DNA of 64,000 nt from Candidatus Moranbacteria bacterium RIFCSPHIGHO2_01_FULL_55_24 (lineage in GTDB: Bacteria; Patescibacteriota; Minisyncoccia; Moranbacterales; UBA1568), in assembly GCA_001786575.1 (NCBI GenBank), contig MFRW01000009.1:24979-88978 (forward strand), read 5' to 3'. The position numbers were made by a program, and so were the translations under genes. Below the pieces are notes generated by a model, which had not been told where the DNA came from, did no database searches, and saw nothing but the letters and a program-made list of their open reading frames with translations. Positions within the stretch are counted from its first letter, which is position 1. Each line of letters begins with the position of its first letter. Shown piece after piece: positions 45,259-54,891 of the stretch.

Positions 45259-45540
45259 ATGGCACACAGAAAAGCCGGTGGCTCTACCCAATTAGGCCGT
45301 GACTCCATTTCCAAGCGTTTGGGAGTGAAGCTTTACGGTGGGCAGCTTGCCTCTGTCGGCAATATCATCATTCGTCAGCGCGGTACCAAATTCCATCCTG
45401 GCAAGAACGTCAAGCGCGGCGAAGACGATACGCTCTTCTCGCTCATAGACGGCGTCGTCGAATTCCAGGCCAAGAAGGTCAAGGATTTCACCGGCCAGCT
45501 CTCCCGTCGCACCTTCGTGAACGTCCTTCCCAAGGAATAA
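45259..45540 (+). CDS. rpmA: 50S ribosomal protein L27
   Basis: [29 protein letters not shown]...[13 protein letters not shown] matches bL27. The 259-codon track ORF 44761-45540 is an artefactual N-terminal extension. Confidence 0.9.
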   Translation: MAHRKAGGSTQLGRDSISKRLGVKLYGGQLASVGNIIIRQRGTKFHPGKNVKRGEDDTLFSLIDGVVEFQAKKVKDFTGQLSRRTFVNVLPKE

Positions 45541-45555
45541 GGCCGGTTCACTCGA

Positions 45556-45590
45556 AAAACACCCCCCTTCCGGGGTGTTTTTATTTTTTA
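45556..45590 (+). terminator. Rho-independent terminator
   Basis: aaaacacccc-ccttcc-ggggtgtttt plus tatttttt. Confidence 0.7.
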
Positions 45591-45677
45591 CAAAAAACTC
45601 TCCCTGAACTTCCTCTCCAGAACCCTCCAGGGAGGCTTGGAAGGACGGAAAAGCATGGTCTTCGAGTAAGAGATTTC

Positions 45678-47336
45678 TTACTGCTTCTTCTTCCCGGCCG
45701 AAGCTTTGAGGAAAGCGACGAAGAGCGGGTGCGGCGCGATGAGCGATGACTGGAATTCCGGATGGAACTGGGTAGCCAGGAAGAACGGGTGCTTCTTTAC
45801 CGGCAATTCGGCGATTTCCATAAGCACGCCGTTTGGCGACGTGGCGGAAAAGACGAGGCCGGCTTCTTTGAGCTGCTCGACGTATTCCGGGTTCACCTCA
45901 TAGCGATGACGGTGACGTTCCAAGACAGTCTTTCTCGCATAGGCCTTCCCGGCGAGAGAATTCGGGGCGAGTACCGCTTCGTAGTGGCCCAAGCGCATGG
46001 TAGCTCCGTAGTTTTTCTGGCGCAGATTCTCTTTCTGTTCCGGCATGATATCGACGACCGGGTTCTTCGTTTTCGGATCGGCTTCTACCGTATGGGCGTC
46101 CTTTATGCCGAGGACGTTCCGCGCGTATTCGACGACCGCGAGCTGCATGCCGTAGCAGAGCCCGAAGTACGGGATCTTGTTCTCGCGGCAGAAGCGGATC
46201 GCTGCGATCTTGCCTTCTATCCCCCGGCTGCCGAAACCGCCCGGGATGAGCACGCCGTCGTACTGCTTGAGCGTCTTCAGGTCGCTTTGCTTCTCTTCGA
46301 AATCGGTGCTGTCGATCCAGGTGAGCTCCAGGCTTTTGCCGATCTCGCACGCCGCGTGCTTCAGGGCCTCGATGACGCTGATGTAGGCGTCGGAGAGGAC
46401 GAAGTCCCCAGTCTTGAAGTATTTCCCGACGACACCGATCTTTACCGTTTCTTTGGCGTTCCGGATGCGCTTCACGCGCTTCTCCCAGTCGGCGAGGCCT
46501 CTTTTGCGCGAGGATAGGCCGAGTTTCTTTAAGAGGATATCGCTTAGGTTGTCTTTCTCGAAATTGAGCGGCACCTGGTAGATACTCTCCACGTCCGGGG
46601 CGCTGATGACGTCTTCCGTGTGCACGTTGCAGAAGGTCGCGATCTTTTCCTTGCGCTTCTCGTCGAGCGGCCGATCGGCCCGCGCCACGATGATGTCCGG
46701 CTGGATACCGGTCCCGTTCAGCGTGCGGACGGCATGCTGGGTGGGCTTGGTCTTCATCTCGCCTACCTTCGAAGGCGTCGGCACATAGCTCACGATGGCC
46801 GTGATCACATCGGCCGGGTTCTCTATCTTCATCATGCGGACCGCTTCGAGGAAGAGGATGTTCTCGTACTCGCCCACCGTTCCGCCGATCTCGATGATGG
46901 CGATGTCGGCCGCATGCTTCGCGACGGAAGACTTGATGCGACGGATCACTTCGCGCGGGATGTCCGGCACGACCTGGACGCAGCGCCCGCGGTATTCCAG
47001 ATTTCGCTCCTTCTCGATGACCGACTTGTAGACCAGTCCGGTCGTCATGTAGTTGTCGCGGTCGAGCTCCACGCCGAGGAAACGTTCGTAGTTCCCCATA
47101 TCCTGGTCGGTCTCGTAGCCGTCTTTCAGGACGAAGACCTCCCCGTGTTCCGTCGGGTTCATCGTTCCGGCATCGACATTGATGTACGGGTCGATCTTGA
47201 AGGCCGTCACATTGAATCCTCGCGCCTGGAGGATCTTGCCGATCGAGGAAACGGTGATGCCTTTCCCGACACCGCTCATGACGCCGCCGACGACGAAGAT
47301 ATATTTGGTCCGGTTTCTCGTGTTCTTTTTGCTCAT
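45678..47336 (-). CDS. pyrG: CTP synthase
   Basis: N-terminal synthetase domain (FVVGGVMSGVGKG). C-terminal glutamine amidotransferase domain with GLCYGMQ. Confidence 0.97.
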   Translation of the reverse strand: MSKKNTRNRTKYIFVVGGVMSGVGKGITVSSIGKILQARGFNVTAFKIDPYINVDAGTMNPTEHGEVFVLKDGYETDQDMGNYERFLGVELDRDNYMTTGLVYKSVIEKERNLEYRGRCVQVVPDIPREVIRRIKSSVAKHAADIAIIEIGGTVGEYENILFLEAVRMMKIENPADVITAIVSYVPTPSKVGEMKTKPTQHAVRTLNGTGIQPDIIVARADRPLDEKRKEKIATFCNVHTEDVISAPDVESIYQVPLNFEKDNLSDILLKKLGLSSRKRGLADWEKRVKRIRNAKETVKIGVVGKYFKTGDFVLSDAYISVIEALKHAACEIGKSLELTWIDSTDFEEKQSDLKTLKQYDGVLIPGGFGSRGIEGKIAAIRFCRENKIPYFGLCYGMQLAVVEYARNVLGIKDAHTVEADPKTKNPVVDIMPEQKENLRQKNYGATMRLGHYEAVLAPNSLAGKAYARKTVLERHRHRYEVNPEYVEQLKEAGLVFSATSPNGVLMEIAELPVKKHPFFLATQFHPEFQSSLIAPHPLFVAFLKASAGKKKQ

Positions 47337-47360
47337 GCTCTTAGCGAAATGACGGTTTAT

Positions 47361-47400
47361 AGAGAAAAAGCCGCTCTCCGGAATGGGGTGGGCGCGGCTT
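47361..47400 (-). terminator. hairpin plus T-run between rplI and pyrG
   Basis: Minus strand aagccgc-N19-gcggctt followed by tttttctct. Confidence 0.5.
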
Positions 47401-47427
47401 GGAAAGTTGCTGGGGAGAATCCATGTT

Positions 47428-47871
47428 CTAGGCTTTCTCTTTGATGACGAGCATTGCCGAGGCTTTGATACCGGATCCGAAATCGAAATTGATCGGGAAC
47501 TCGCCGACCTGCTTCAAGGGCTTATCGAGGATGATCTGCCGCTCTTCTACCGCGGTGCCCTGGAGAGACAGAAGCGCTCGGATCTCTTTCTTGGATATGG
47601 AACCGAAGAGCTTGCCTTCTTTCGCCTTGCTCTCTATCTCGAAGCGCTTGCCATTCAGAGCGCTCGCTTTCTCGTTCAAGGCCTGTTTTCCAGCGGCTTC
47701 GTCTTGGGCGCGCTCTTTTGTCACGCGCTCTACATTACGGAGCGCTTCCGGAGTCGCCAGTACCGCGAGCCCTTCCGGCATGAGGTAGTTCAAACCATAG
47801 CCCGTGCGTACGTCGATGACGTCGCCTGACTTTCCGAGACTTTTCACGTCTTGCACCAGGATGACTTTCAT
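47428..47871 (-). CDS. rplI: 50S ribosomal protein L9
   Basis: MKVILVQDVKSLGKSGDVIDVRTGYGLNYL matches the bL9 N-domain, followed by linker and C-domain. Confidence 0.9.
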   Translation of the reverse strand: MKVILVQDVKSLGKSGDVIDVRTGYGLNYLMPEGLAVLATPEALRNVERVTKERAQDEAAGKQALNEKASALNGKRFEIESKAKEGKLFGSISKKEIRALLSLQGTAVEERQIILDKPLKQVGEFPINFDFGSGIKASAMLVIKEKA

Positions 47872-47956
47872 ACGGGAAGTTTTCCTTATTTACCCATATA
47901 TTGTAGCGAGGATTTTTTCTTGTGGCAAGCGGAAATTCCTCGCTCTTCTGCGACTA

Positions 47957-47985
47957 TTTACAAAACCTCTGAAATATGCTATAAT
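47957..47985 (+). promoter_or_regulatory. promoter TTTACA-17-TGcTATAAT
   Basis: -35 at 47957-47962, -10 at 47980-47985. Divergent from rplI. Drives the gene at 48022. Confidence 0.55.
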
Positions 47986-48021
47986 GGTATTTGTACCTTA
48001 GAAAACGAAAGGGAGTGAGAA

Positions 48022-48459
48022 ATGACAGGGAGACCCTCATTGCACATTTTTGAAAAAGGTCTTACGGGAAACGAAGACGGCAGAGCCAGACTTTTCAGCT
48101 GCTTGAAAGATCTGCCCGCTTCCCAGAAGCACATCTCGAGAGGCATCGATTCGCTGCATGCCTACAAGCTCATCGGCATCGCGCAGGCGCTGTACGGCTA
48201 TGAAGGCAACGAGAGCGTAAACGGTATCATCATCGAGATCTGGCGGCTCCGCATGTTCGGGTTCGCACTGAAAAAGAAATTGCAGCTAGAAAAGAAGGTC
48301 GACGTCGGCGGTTTCCTCCAAACGGAGACGAGCCTCTACACCGACCATCCCTTCCCAATCCTGGATTTCTGGGAAGCCTCTTCAGAAGGCGACGAGATCC
48401 TCCAAAAACAGATCCGGACTATACGGAGCGCAATCAAGCTCTCGCTTTTACCGGAATAG
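48022..48459 (+). CDS. hypothetical protein (145 aa)
   Basis: SD aaaGGGAGtgagaa ATG, own promoter and terminator. No known domain. Confidence 0.5.
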   Translation: MTGRPSLHIFEKGLTGNEDGRARLFSCLKDLPASQKHISRGIDSLHAYKLIGIAQALYGYEGNESVNGIIIEIWRLRMFGFALKKKLQLEKKVDVGGFLQTETSLYTDHPFPILDFWEASSEGDEILQKQIRTIRSAIKLSLLPE

Positions 48460-48460
48460 A

Positions 48461-48500
48461 GAAAAGCCCAAGCATCTTCATGACTTGGGCTTCTTTTTTT
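48461..48500. terminator. bidirectional terminator
   Basis: gaaaagcccaag-N11-cttgggcttctttttttt. Confidence 0.7.
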
Positions 48501-49551
48501 ATACGATGAGCATGCTGTCGCCGAAAGAGTAGAAAGCGAATTTTTCCTGGATCGCGATCCGGTACAGTTCCATGATCCCGCGCTTGCTCCCCTTGCTCCG
48601 GAGAAAAGCGTCCACCAGGAGAAGGAGCGAGGTCTTCGGCAGATGGAAGTTCGTGATGAGGCCGTCGACAGCGAGGAACTCGTAGGGCGGCCGGATGAAG
48701 ATATCAGTAGCGCCGTTGTATTCCCCCCGGATGCCTTCATGCGCCAGGAATTCCAGCGAGCGCACCGTCGTCGTGCCGACCGCGATGACAGGACGGGCTT
48801 CACTCTTCGCTCTTTCTATGGCAGATACAGTCTCTTCAGGAATATGGACGCGTTCGGCATGAAGCTTGGCTTTCTTGAAATGCTCTTCCTGGAGCGGCGC
48901 GAATGTCCCGAGTCCCACATCCAGCGTGATAAAGCGCGACTCGATCCCCTTCTCTTCGAGCCTCTCCTCTACCCGTTCGGTAAAGTGGAGTCCTGCTGTG
49001 GGCGCAGCGACGGACGCTCCTTCTTTGGCGAACGTCGTCTGGTAGCGCAGACGCGCTTCACGCTCGTCCCATTCAACATCCTCCAGGTAGTGCGGGAGCG
49101 GGGTCTTCCCGAATTCATCGACAAGCGACTGGAAAGACTTGGTGTTGCCCTCGCTCGGCGTCATATAGAAGATATTCTCATCCTGCACCCTGACCGTCAG
49201 GCTGTTCCCGTCCGGGAAGAAGAGCTTCTGGCCGACCGTCGTCTTCCGATCGACGAGAGCGGGGATGCGCTCCTCGGATTCCATCTGATTCAGAAGCGCG
49301 AACACTTCTATCTTGCCGCCGGTTTCCTTGGCGAGCCACAGCCGGCTCGGCCGGACGCGGGTGTCATTCCGGACCAAGAGGGCGTTGTCCGGCAGATAGA
49401 GCGCGAGATTGCTGAACGTATCGAAACGGATCTCATCCGTCTTCGTATCATAGACAAAAAGCCGGGCGGCATCGCGCGGCTCTATCCCACGCTTGCGGAT
49501 CAGTTCTTCCGGCAGCGTGTAATCGTATTGTTCCAGGTCTTTGTATTCCAT
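48499..49551 (-). CDS. queA: S-adenosylmethionine:tRNA ribosyltransferase-isomerase
   Basis: QueA motifs YDYTLPEELI, AAPTAGLHFT and GTTTVRSLE. Confidence 0.9.
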   Translation of the reverse strand: MEYKDLEQYDYTLPEELIRKRGIEPRDAARLFVYDTKTDEIRFDTFSNLALYLPDNALLVRNDTRVRPSRLWLAKETGGKIEVFALLNQMESEERIPALVDRKTTVGQKLFFPDGNSLTVRVQDENIFYMTPSEGNTKSFQSLVDEFGKTPLPHYLEDVEWDEREARLRYQTTFAKEGASVAAPTAGLHFTERVEERLEEKGIESRFITLDVGLGTFAPLQEEHFKKAKLHAERVHIPEETVSAIERAKSEARPVIAVGTTTVRSLEFLAHEGIRGEYNGATDIFIRPPYEFLAVDGLITNFHLPKTSLLLLVDAFLRSKGSKRGIMELYRIAIQEKFAFYSFGDSMLIV

Positions 49552-49553
49552 AC

Positions 49554-50270
49554 CTAGAGTTCGAGCATCGGGACTTCGATCGCTATGATATCCGTCTCTT
49601 CGGCAAATGCGAGCGGCACGCTCTCCGTTTCCCAGATGCCCACCGCGTCGCGCGTCTCGAACGCCTGGTCCCCGATGGTCCCCTTCCCGAAAACCACGAA
49701 GAAATAGACGCCGTTCCCTTCTTTCTTCATGCGATAGTCAGTTTTTTCTCCGGGAGCGAAGCGGCCGCGGGAGATCCAGGCATCCTGCTGGATCATCAGC
49801 TTCCCGTCTTCTTCGTCCGGGCCGACCAGCTGCAGGAAGGCATTGTGCATAAGAGCCTCGTCGAAACGCTTCTGGTCGTAGCGGGCCGAAAGATGCATCG
49901 CCCGAGAGAGGATCCAGACCTGTATCAATTTCACCGGTTCCGTCTCTGAAGCGTTGAATTCCGAATGCTCCACACCGGTGCCGGCGCTCATCACCTGCAC
50001 CTCGCCAGCCGAAACGGTTTCCGCAGAGCCCATACTGTCCTTGTGAGCAAGACCCCCTTCGAAGGGAATGGTGATGATCTCCATATCCCGATGCGGATGC
50101 GTCGGGAAACCTTCGCCCGGCGCGATCTCGTCATCGTTGATTACCCGAAGCGCCCCGAAATGCAGACGGTTCGGGTCGAAATAGTTCGCGAAACTGAAGC
50201 TGTAGTGCGTCTTGAGCCAACCGTAATCAGCACCTGCCCGCGATTCGTTCTTGATATAGATCTTTTGCAT
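49554..50270 (-). CDS. pirin-family protein
   Basis: Cupin metal site HPHRDMEIITI and the second cupin domain. Start is 3 nt after the queA stop region. Confidence 0.85.
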   Translation of the reverse strand: MQKIYIKNESRAGADYGWLKTHYSFSFANYFDPNRLHFGALRVINDDEIAPGEGFPTHPHRDMEIITIPFEGGLAHKDSMGSAETVSAGEVQVMSAGTGVEHSEFNASETEPVKLIQVWILSRAMHLSARYDQKRFDEALMHNAFLQLVGPDEEDGKLMIQQDAWISRGRFAPGEKTDYRMKKEGNGVYFFVVFGKGTIGDQAFETRDAVGIWETESVPLAFAEETDIIAIEVPMLEL

Positions 50271-50370
50271 GGAATTTCCGCTTAATGGTGGACTACATCC
50301 TACTCAATTGGAACTCTATCATAGCAGAACTCCGAACTTGGCAAGAACTAGGGATGGCTATTGAAGAGAT

Positions 50371-50892
50371 TCAATTCGTATAATCCCTCTGTTCTTTGTT
50401 TTCTGGAAGACCGAGATCAACAAACACAAATGAGACACCAAGTTTTTTCATTTCTTCTACAGGATTTTCTACTCGTTCAACTGTAACAGGACTCACTGCT
50501 TCCTCTGCTATCACCTCCCTATCCCCTAACCCTTCTTTATAGAGAAATTTATCTGTTCCAAAATGATACACATATCCGCCATCACCATACATTTTTTGTA
50601 AGCTTTCTTCCAAAGAACCAAATCCCAATATGACAACGGTTTGATCGTTGCCATACAAGTCTACTCCCATACCATAATGGGCAGTTTTCCCGTCTATTTC
50701 ATAAGGAGCCCGATGACAAGTATACGCCAGAGCAATCCACTTATGCGGAGTTGCATGGAATGATTCCTGATCAAAAATAACTTCTCTTTCGCCACTTTCA
50801 CCCGTGCGCTCCCGAACATTTCTTCGGGGCATGGCGTGATCCGAATCAAATTCTTTATGTGAGCCGTGATAAACAAATTTTTCCATGTTCAT
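50371..50892 (-). CDS. hypothetical protein (173 aa) with markedly lower GC, directly 3' of tRNA-Ala
   Basis: ATG at 50892 lies 9 nt beyond the tRNA 3' end. His-rich N-terminus. No known domain. The track start 50946 would overlap the tRNA. Confidence 0.5.
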   Translation of the reverse strand: MNMEKFVYHGSHKEFDSDHAMPRRNVRERTGESGEREVIFDQESFHATPHKWIALAYTCHRAPYEIDGKTAHYGMGVDLYGNDQTVVILGFGSLEESLQKMYGDGGYVYHFGTDKFLYKEGLGDREVIAEEAVSPVTVERVENPVEEMKKLGVSFVFVDLGLPENKEQRDYTN

Positions 50893-50900
50893 AATTGTTG

Positions 50901-50971
50901 TGGACCTGGGCGGAATCGAACCGCCGGCTGTGCAATGCGAATGCACTGTTTTACCACTAGACTACAGGCCC
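50901..50971 (-). tRNA. tRNA-Ala (anticodon CGC) with G3-U70 identity pair
   Basis: Minus strand GGGCCUG...anticodon stem GUGCA-UUCGCAU-UGCAC...T-arm GGCGG-UUCGAUU-CCGCC...CAGGUCC-A. The D-stem has one mismatch. CCA is not encoded. Confidence 0.8.
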
Positions 50972-51029
50972 GAAAAATACCACAATAAAGCTATTGTAAG
51001 CCAAAATGAGAGAAAAGGTAAGACTCCTT

Positions 51030-51497
51030 TCAAATCGTTTCCACCTCTGCTATTACCTTCTCAAGCACGGCATCCTCCGCGCCGAAGAGGAACCTGGTAC
51101 GGAACTTCTTGCCCGCAAGAAAAAGCGGCAGCCAGTAGATATCGTCCGGCCACATCGTGCCGTATGGAATATCGGAAAACGAGAACCACTCTGGCCGCAT
51201 CTCTTCGGTTTCCACCGGTTCGCCGTCCCAGGCATCGACCCGGAACACATGCACCTCGAGGATTTTTCCGCGCTCGGCGTCGAATTCGAACTCGTGGATG
51301 CCGACTTTCTCCATTTCGGCGATCACAATACCGCACTCCTCTTCTGTTTCCCGTCTGGCCGCCGCCTCGATCGTTTCTCCCGCTTCCACCTTGCCCCCGA
51401 AGCCGTTCCAGCGTCCCGCCCCGAAGCCGCGCTTCTTCATCCCGAGAAGCACTTTGCCGTCTTTCACCGCCAGGCAGAGGGTCAGGAGCTTTCGCAT
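51030..51497 (-). CDS. NUDIX hydrolase (MutT-like)
   Basis: Nudix box GGKVEAGETIEAAARRETEEECG. Confidence 0.8.
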   Translation of the reverse strand: MRKLLTLCLAVKDGKVLLGMKKRGFGAGRWNGFGGKVEAGETIEAAARRETEEECGIVIAEMEKVGIHEFEFDAERGKILEVHVFRVDAWDGEPVETEEMRPEWFSFSDIPYGTMWPDDIYWLPLFLAGKKFRTRFLFGAEDAVLEKVIAEVETI

Positions 51498-51526
51498 AGG
51501 CTCTGGTTCAATTTGGTCATAAGAGT

Positions 51527-54208
51527 TTAAGCAAGCTTCTTATGTTCCGGAGCGTTTATGGCTCCGCAGCGCTTATACTTGAGGCCCGATCCGCACGGGC
51601 ATGGGTCATTGCGCCCGATGAGCTCCTGATTGACGAGCGGGGCCTGCTTTTGCATATTATCCGAAGCTCCCCCGCCTGCAACGCTCTGCGTAGCAGTGCG
51701 GGTAGGGAACTGTTCGATCTCTTCGCTCGCTCCCTGGAAGCGCATGTCGCGCTGTTCGAGAGTCGGCACCGGCACACCGGTTTCCACTTTGAGGATGGTC
51801 ATGAGGTACGTTTTGCGCACGGAATCCATGAGTCCCAAGAACATATCATAGGCCTCGCGCTTGTATTCGATGAGCGGATCCTTCTGGGCGATACCGCGGA
51901 GTCCGATGCCCTGGCGCAGATAGTCGATTTCATCGAGGTGGTTCATCCAGAGCGTATCGAGCGAGCGCAAGTACAGGGCGCGCTGGATCACATTCCAAGT
52001 ATCCTTGCCGAAAACAGCTTCTTTCTCGCTGTATGCCTTCTTGATCTCTCCGATGAGGTATTCCAGCATCAGTCCGCGTTTCTCTGCCTCGTCTTTCGAA
52101 CGGTCGTTCTGGATCGTTTCCAGTTTCTTCGCCGCATCGATCTCATTTATGGCCGGCGCAAGCATATTCGCTTCCGCGATGATCTCCTTCAACTGCCAGT
52201 CAGACTCATCGCCAGCCGTATGGAAGCTGATGACCCGATCGAGTTCTTCCGAAAGCAGGTTGAACGTCTCATCCTTCATGGATGAGATACCGAGGATATT
52301 CTTCCTCTTGCGGTAGACGACTTCGCGCTGCTTGTTCATGACGTCATCGTATTCGAGGACGTGCTTCCGGATATCGAAGTTATAGCCCTCGATCTTCGAC
52401 TGGGCGCTTTCGATGGTCTTGGAGATGAGCTTGTTCTGGATAGGCTCGTCTTCCGGCAGGCCGAGAGTGGTCATCATGTTCTTCATGCGCTCGCCGCCGA
52501 AGCGCCGCATGAGCTCGTCTTCGAGGGAAATGAAGAACTGCGATGCGCCCGGGTCGCCCTGGCGTCCGGCACGGCCGCGCAGCTGGTTGTCGATGCGGCG
52601 CGCCTCATGGCGTTCGGTACCGATGATGAAGAGGCCGCCCCGCTCCCGCACGCCATCCCCCAGTTTGATGTCCGTTCCGCGACCGGCCATGTTCGTAGCG
52701 ATCGTAACGCCGTCTTTCTGGCCGGCATTCGAGACGATCGCCGCTTCGCGTTCGTGGTTCTTGGCATTCAGGACTTCATGCGTGATGCCTTCCTGCGTAA
52801 GGAGCGCGCTCAAATACTCCGATTTCTCGATGGCGATAGTTCCGATGAGGACCGGCTGGCCGGTGGCATGGATCTCGCCTACGCGCTTGGCGATCGCCCG
52901 GAATTTGGCTTCTTCGGTCTTGTAGACGATATCGGCCAAGTCTTTGCGGACCATCGGGCGGTTCGTCGGGATCTCGATCGCCTCCAGCTTGTAGACTTTG
53001 ACGAATTCTTCTGCGGACGTGAACGCCGTACCGGTCATACCGGCAAGTTTGTCGTAAAGGCGGAAATAGTTCTGGAAAGTGATGGTAGCCAGAGTGCGGG
53101 TTTCGCGCTGGACGGTGACGCCTTCTTTCGCTTCGATCGCCTGGTGGAGTCCTTCGCTGTAGCGGCGGCCGGGCTGAAGGCGCCCGGTGAAGTCATCCAC
53201 GATGATCACCTGGCCGTCCTTCACCACATAGTCGCGGTCGCGGGCGAAGATGATCTCCGCTTTGAGCGACTGTTCCAGATGGTGCACGTACTGCACGTTT
53301 CCCGAGGCGTAGAGATCGCCCATCCCGAGGAGCCGTTCGACGCTGTTGATGCCTTCATCGGTGAGCGTCACCACCCGCATCTTCTCATCGACGATGTAGT
53401 CCTTCTCGGCTTGCAAGCGGGGAACGATCTTCGCGAAGCGCTCGTAGAGCTTCCCCGACTCGGTGTCCGGAGCGGAAATGATAAGCGGGGTACGGGCTTC
53501 GTCGATCAGGATGGAGTCGACTTCGTCGACGATCGCGAAATGAAGCTCGCGCTGCGTCATGTCTTCGAGGCTCGAGACCATGTTGTCGCGCAGGTAGTCG
53601 AAACCGAACTCGTTGTTCGTCCCGTAGGTGATATCGGACTGGTAGGCCTCGCGCCGGCTCACCGGAATGAGGTTTTCCATCTCGATGCTCACTTCGTCGC
53701 TATCTGCGACATGCACTTCGAAGCGGTATGAGACTCCCTGGGAAACGATACAGGCTGTCGAAAGTCCGAGGAACTCGTACACCCGTCCCATCCAGTTGCA
53801 GTCACGCTTGGCCAGATAGTCGTTGACGGTGACGACGTGCACTCCTTTCCCCGTAAGGGCATTCAGATAGATGGGAAGCGTCGAGGTGAGCGTCTTGCCT
53901 TCGCCGGTCTTCATTTCGGCGATTTTCCCATTATGAAGAGCGATGCCGCCCATGAGCTGGACATCGTAGTGGCGTTCATTGATCACGCGTTTGGCCGCTT
54001 CGCGCACGACTGCATAAGCCTCCGGCAGCAGGCTGTCGAGGCTCTCGCCTTTCCCTAAGCGTTCTTTGAATTCAGCTGTTTTCGCTTTGAGCGCTTCGTC
54101 AGAAAGGGCGCTGATGCTCGGTTCGTGGGAATTGATGCTCTCTACGAGCGGCAGGAACTTCTTCACTTCGCGCTCATTCGAGCCGAAAATCTTTTGGAGA
54201 AAAGCCAT
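51527..54208 (-). CDS. secA: preprotein translocase ATPase SecA
   Basis: DEAD-like motor domains (MKTGEGKT, IVDEVDSILIDEARTP). C-terminal zinc finger CPCGSGLKYKRCGA. Confidence 0.97.
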   Translation of the reverse strand: MAFLQKIFGSNEREVKKFLPLVESINSHEPSISALSDEALKAKTAEFKERLGKGESLDSLLPEAYAVVREAAKRVINERHYDVQLMGGIALHNGKIAEMKTGEGKTLTSTLPIYLNALTGKGVHVVTVNDYLAKRDCNWMGRVYEFLGLSTACIVSQGVSYRFEVHVADSDEVSIEMENLIPVSRREAYQSDITYGTNNEFGFDYLRDNMVSSLEDMTQRELHFAIVDEVDSILIDEARTPLIISAPDTESGKLYERFAKIVPRLQAEKDYIVDEKMRVVTLTDEGINSVERLLGMGDLYASGNVQYVHHLEQSLKAEIIFARDRDYVVKDGQVIIVDDFTGRLQPGRRYSEGLHQAIEAKEGVTVQRETRTLATITFQNYFRLYDKLAGMTGTAFTSAEEFVKVYKLEAIEIPTNRPMVRKDLADIVYKTEEAKFRAIAKRVGEIHATGQPVLIGTIAIEKSEYLSALLTQEGITHEVLNAKNHEREAAIVSNAGQKDGVTIATNMAGRGTDIKLGDGVRERGGLFIIGTERHEARRIDNQLRGRAGRQGDPGASQFFISLEDELMRRFGGERMKNMMTTLGLPEDEPIQNKLISKTIESAQSKIEGYNFDIRKHVLEYDDVMNKQREVVYRKRKNILGISSMKDETFNLLSEELDRVISFHTAGDESDWQLKEIIAEANMLAPAINEIDAAKKLETIQNDRSKDEAEKRGLMLEYLIGEIKKAYSEKEAVFGKDTWNVIQRALYLRSLDTLWMNHLDEIDYLRQGIGLRGIAQKDPLIEYKREAYDMFLGLMDSVRKTYLMTILKVETGVPVPTLEQRDMRFQGASEEIEQFPTRTATQSVAGGGASDNMQKQAPLVNQELIGRNDPCPCGSGLKYKRCGAINAPEHKKLA

Positions 54209-54271
54209 ACGGTCTTGGAAACAAAGGATATCTTCCTATACTACCAGGACGGCTTTGCGGCGTCAAAAGGC

Positions 54272-54625
54272 CTAAAAGCGGGCAGAATCGTCGAGGACCG
54301 TGTTTTTCTTGATAGAGCGACTGCCGCGGATTTTCAGGTCGTGGCTTCTCGTCCGTTTCTTGCCGATCTGGATCTCCATCTCGTCGATGGCGATGTCCGT
54401 AGAGCCTTCGATGCTTTCGCTCGTCTCTTCGGACCGGAAGAGGTCATGCGGGGTTTTCACCATGATTTCCACCCGGAATTTCCCCTTTTTGTCCATGTCG
54501 ATCTCTACTTCGAACTCGCTTACGGGGTCGACCAGCTTTTCGATCCTTTCGAGGCGCTTCAGGATATACTCCTGGGTCCTTTCATCGATATCCACTCCTT
54601 GGTAAAAAAATCGGAGATTCATCAT
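54272..54625 (-). CDS. hpf: ribosome hibernation promoting factor (HPF/RaiA/YfiA family)
   Basis: YfiA-family beta-alpha-beta-beta-beta-alpha pattern (FEVEIDMDKKGKFRVEIMV). Confidence 0.8.
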   Translation of the reverse strand: MMNLRFFYQGVDIDERTQEYILKRLERIEKLVDPVSEFEVEIDMDKKGKFRVEIMVKTPHDLFRSEETSESIEGSTDIAIDEMEIQIGKKRTRSHDLKIRGSRSIKKNTVLDDSARF

Positions 54626-54681
54626 ATGGCATACATTAGCGGCTTAGATGCTCCTATTATACCATGCGGGGATTTTCCTCT

Positions 54682-54882
54682 TTACACAGGCAAAGTCGTC
54701 AGACTGGTAAGCGTATCCAGGAAGAATGGGATGGCGAAAAGGAGTCCGAGAAGGGGCAGCAGGAAAAAAACAAGGGAAAGCACAAGTGTGTAGAGGAAGT
54801 ATTTGCGCGTCTTCTCGGCAGAAACGTAGATGGCATCCAGCTTCCTCTCTTGCTCCTCGAGTTTTTTCAGTATCTCTTCCAT
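54682..54882 (-). CDS. small membrane protein (66 aa)
   Basis: N-terminal charged helix followed by one or two TMs. Sits between murB and hpf. Confidence 0.4.
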   Translation of the reverse strand: MEEILKKLEEQERKLDAIYVSAEKTRKYFLYTLVLSLVFFLLPLLGLLFAIPFFLDTLTSLTTLPV

Positions 54883-54891
54883 ATTTTTTCT

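Noticed and set aside
44761-45540. 259-codon plus-strand ORF ending in L27.
   Set aside because: Only the last 93 codons are bL27 (MAHRKAGG...). Upstream codons overlap a consensus promoter and a convergent minus-strand membrane-protein gene.
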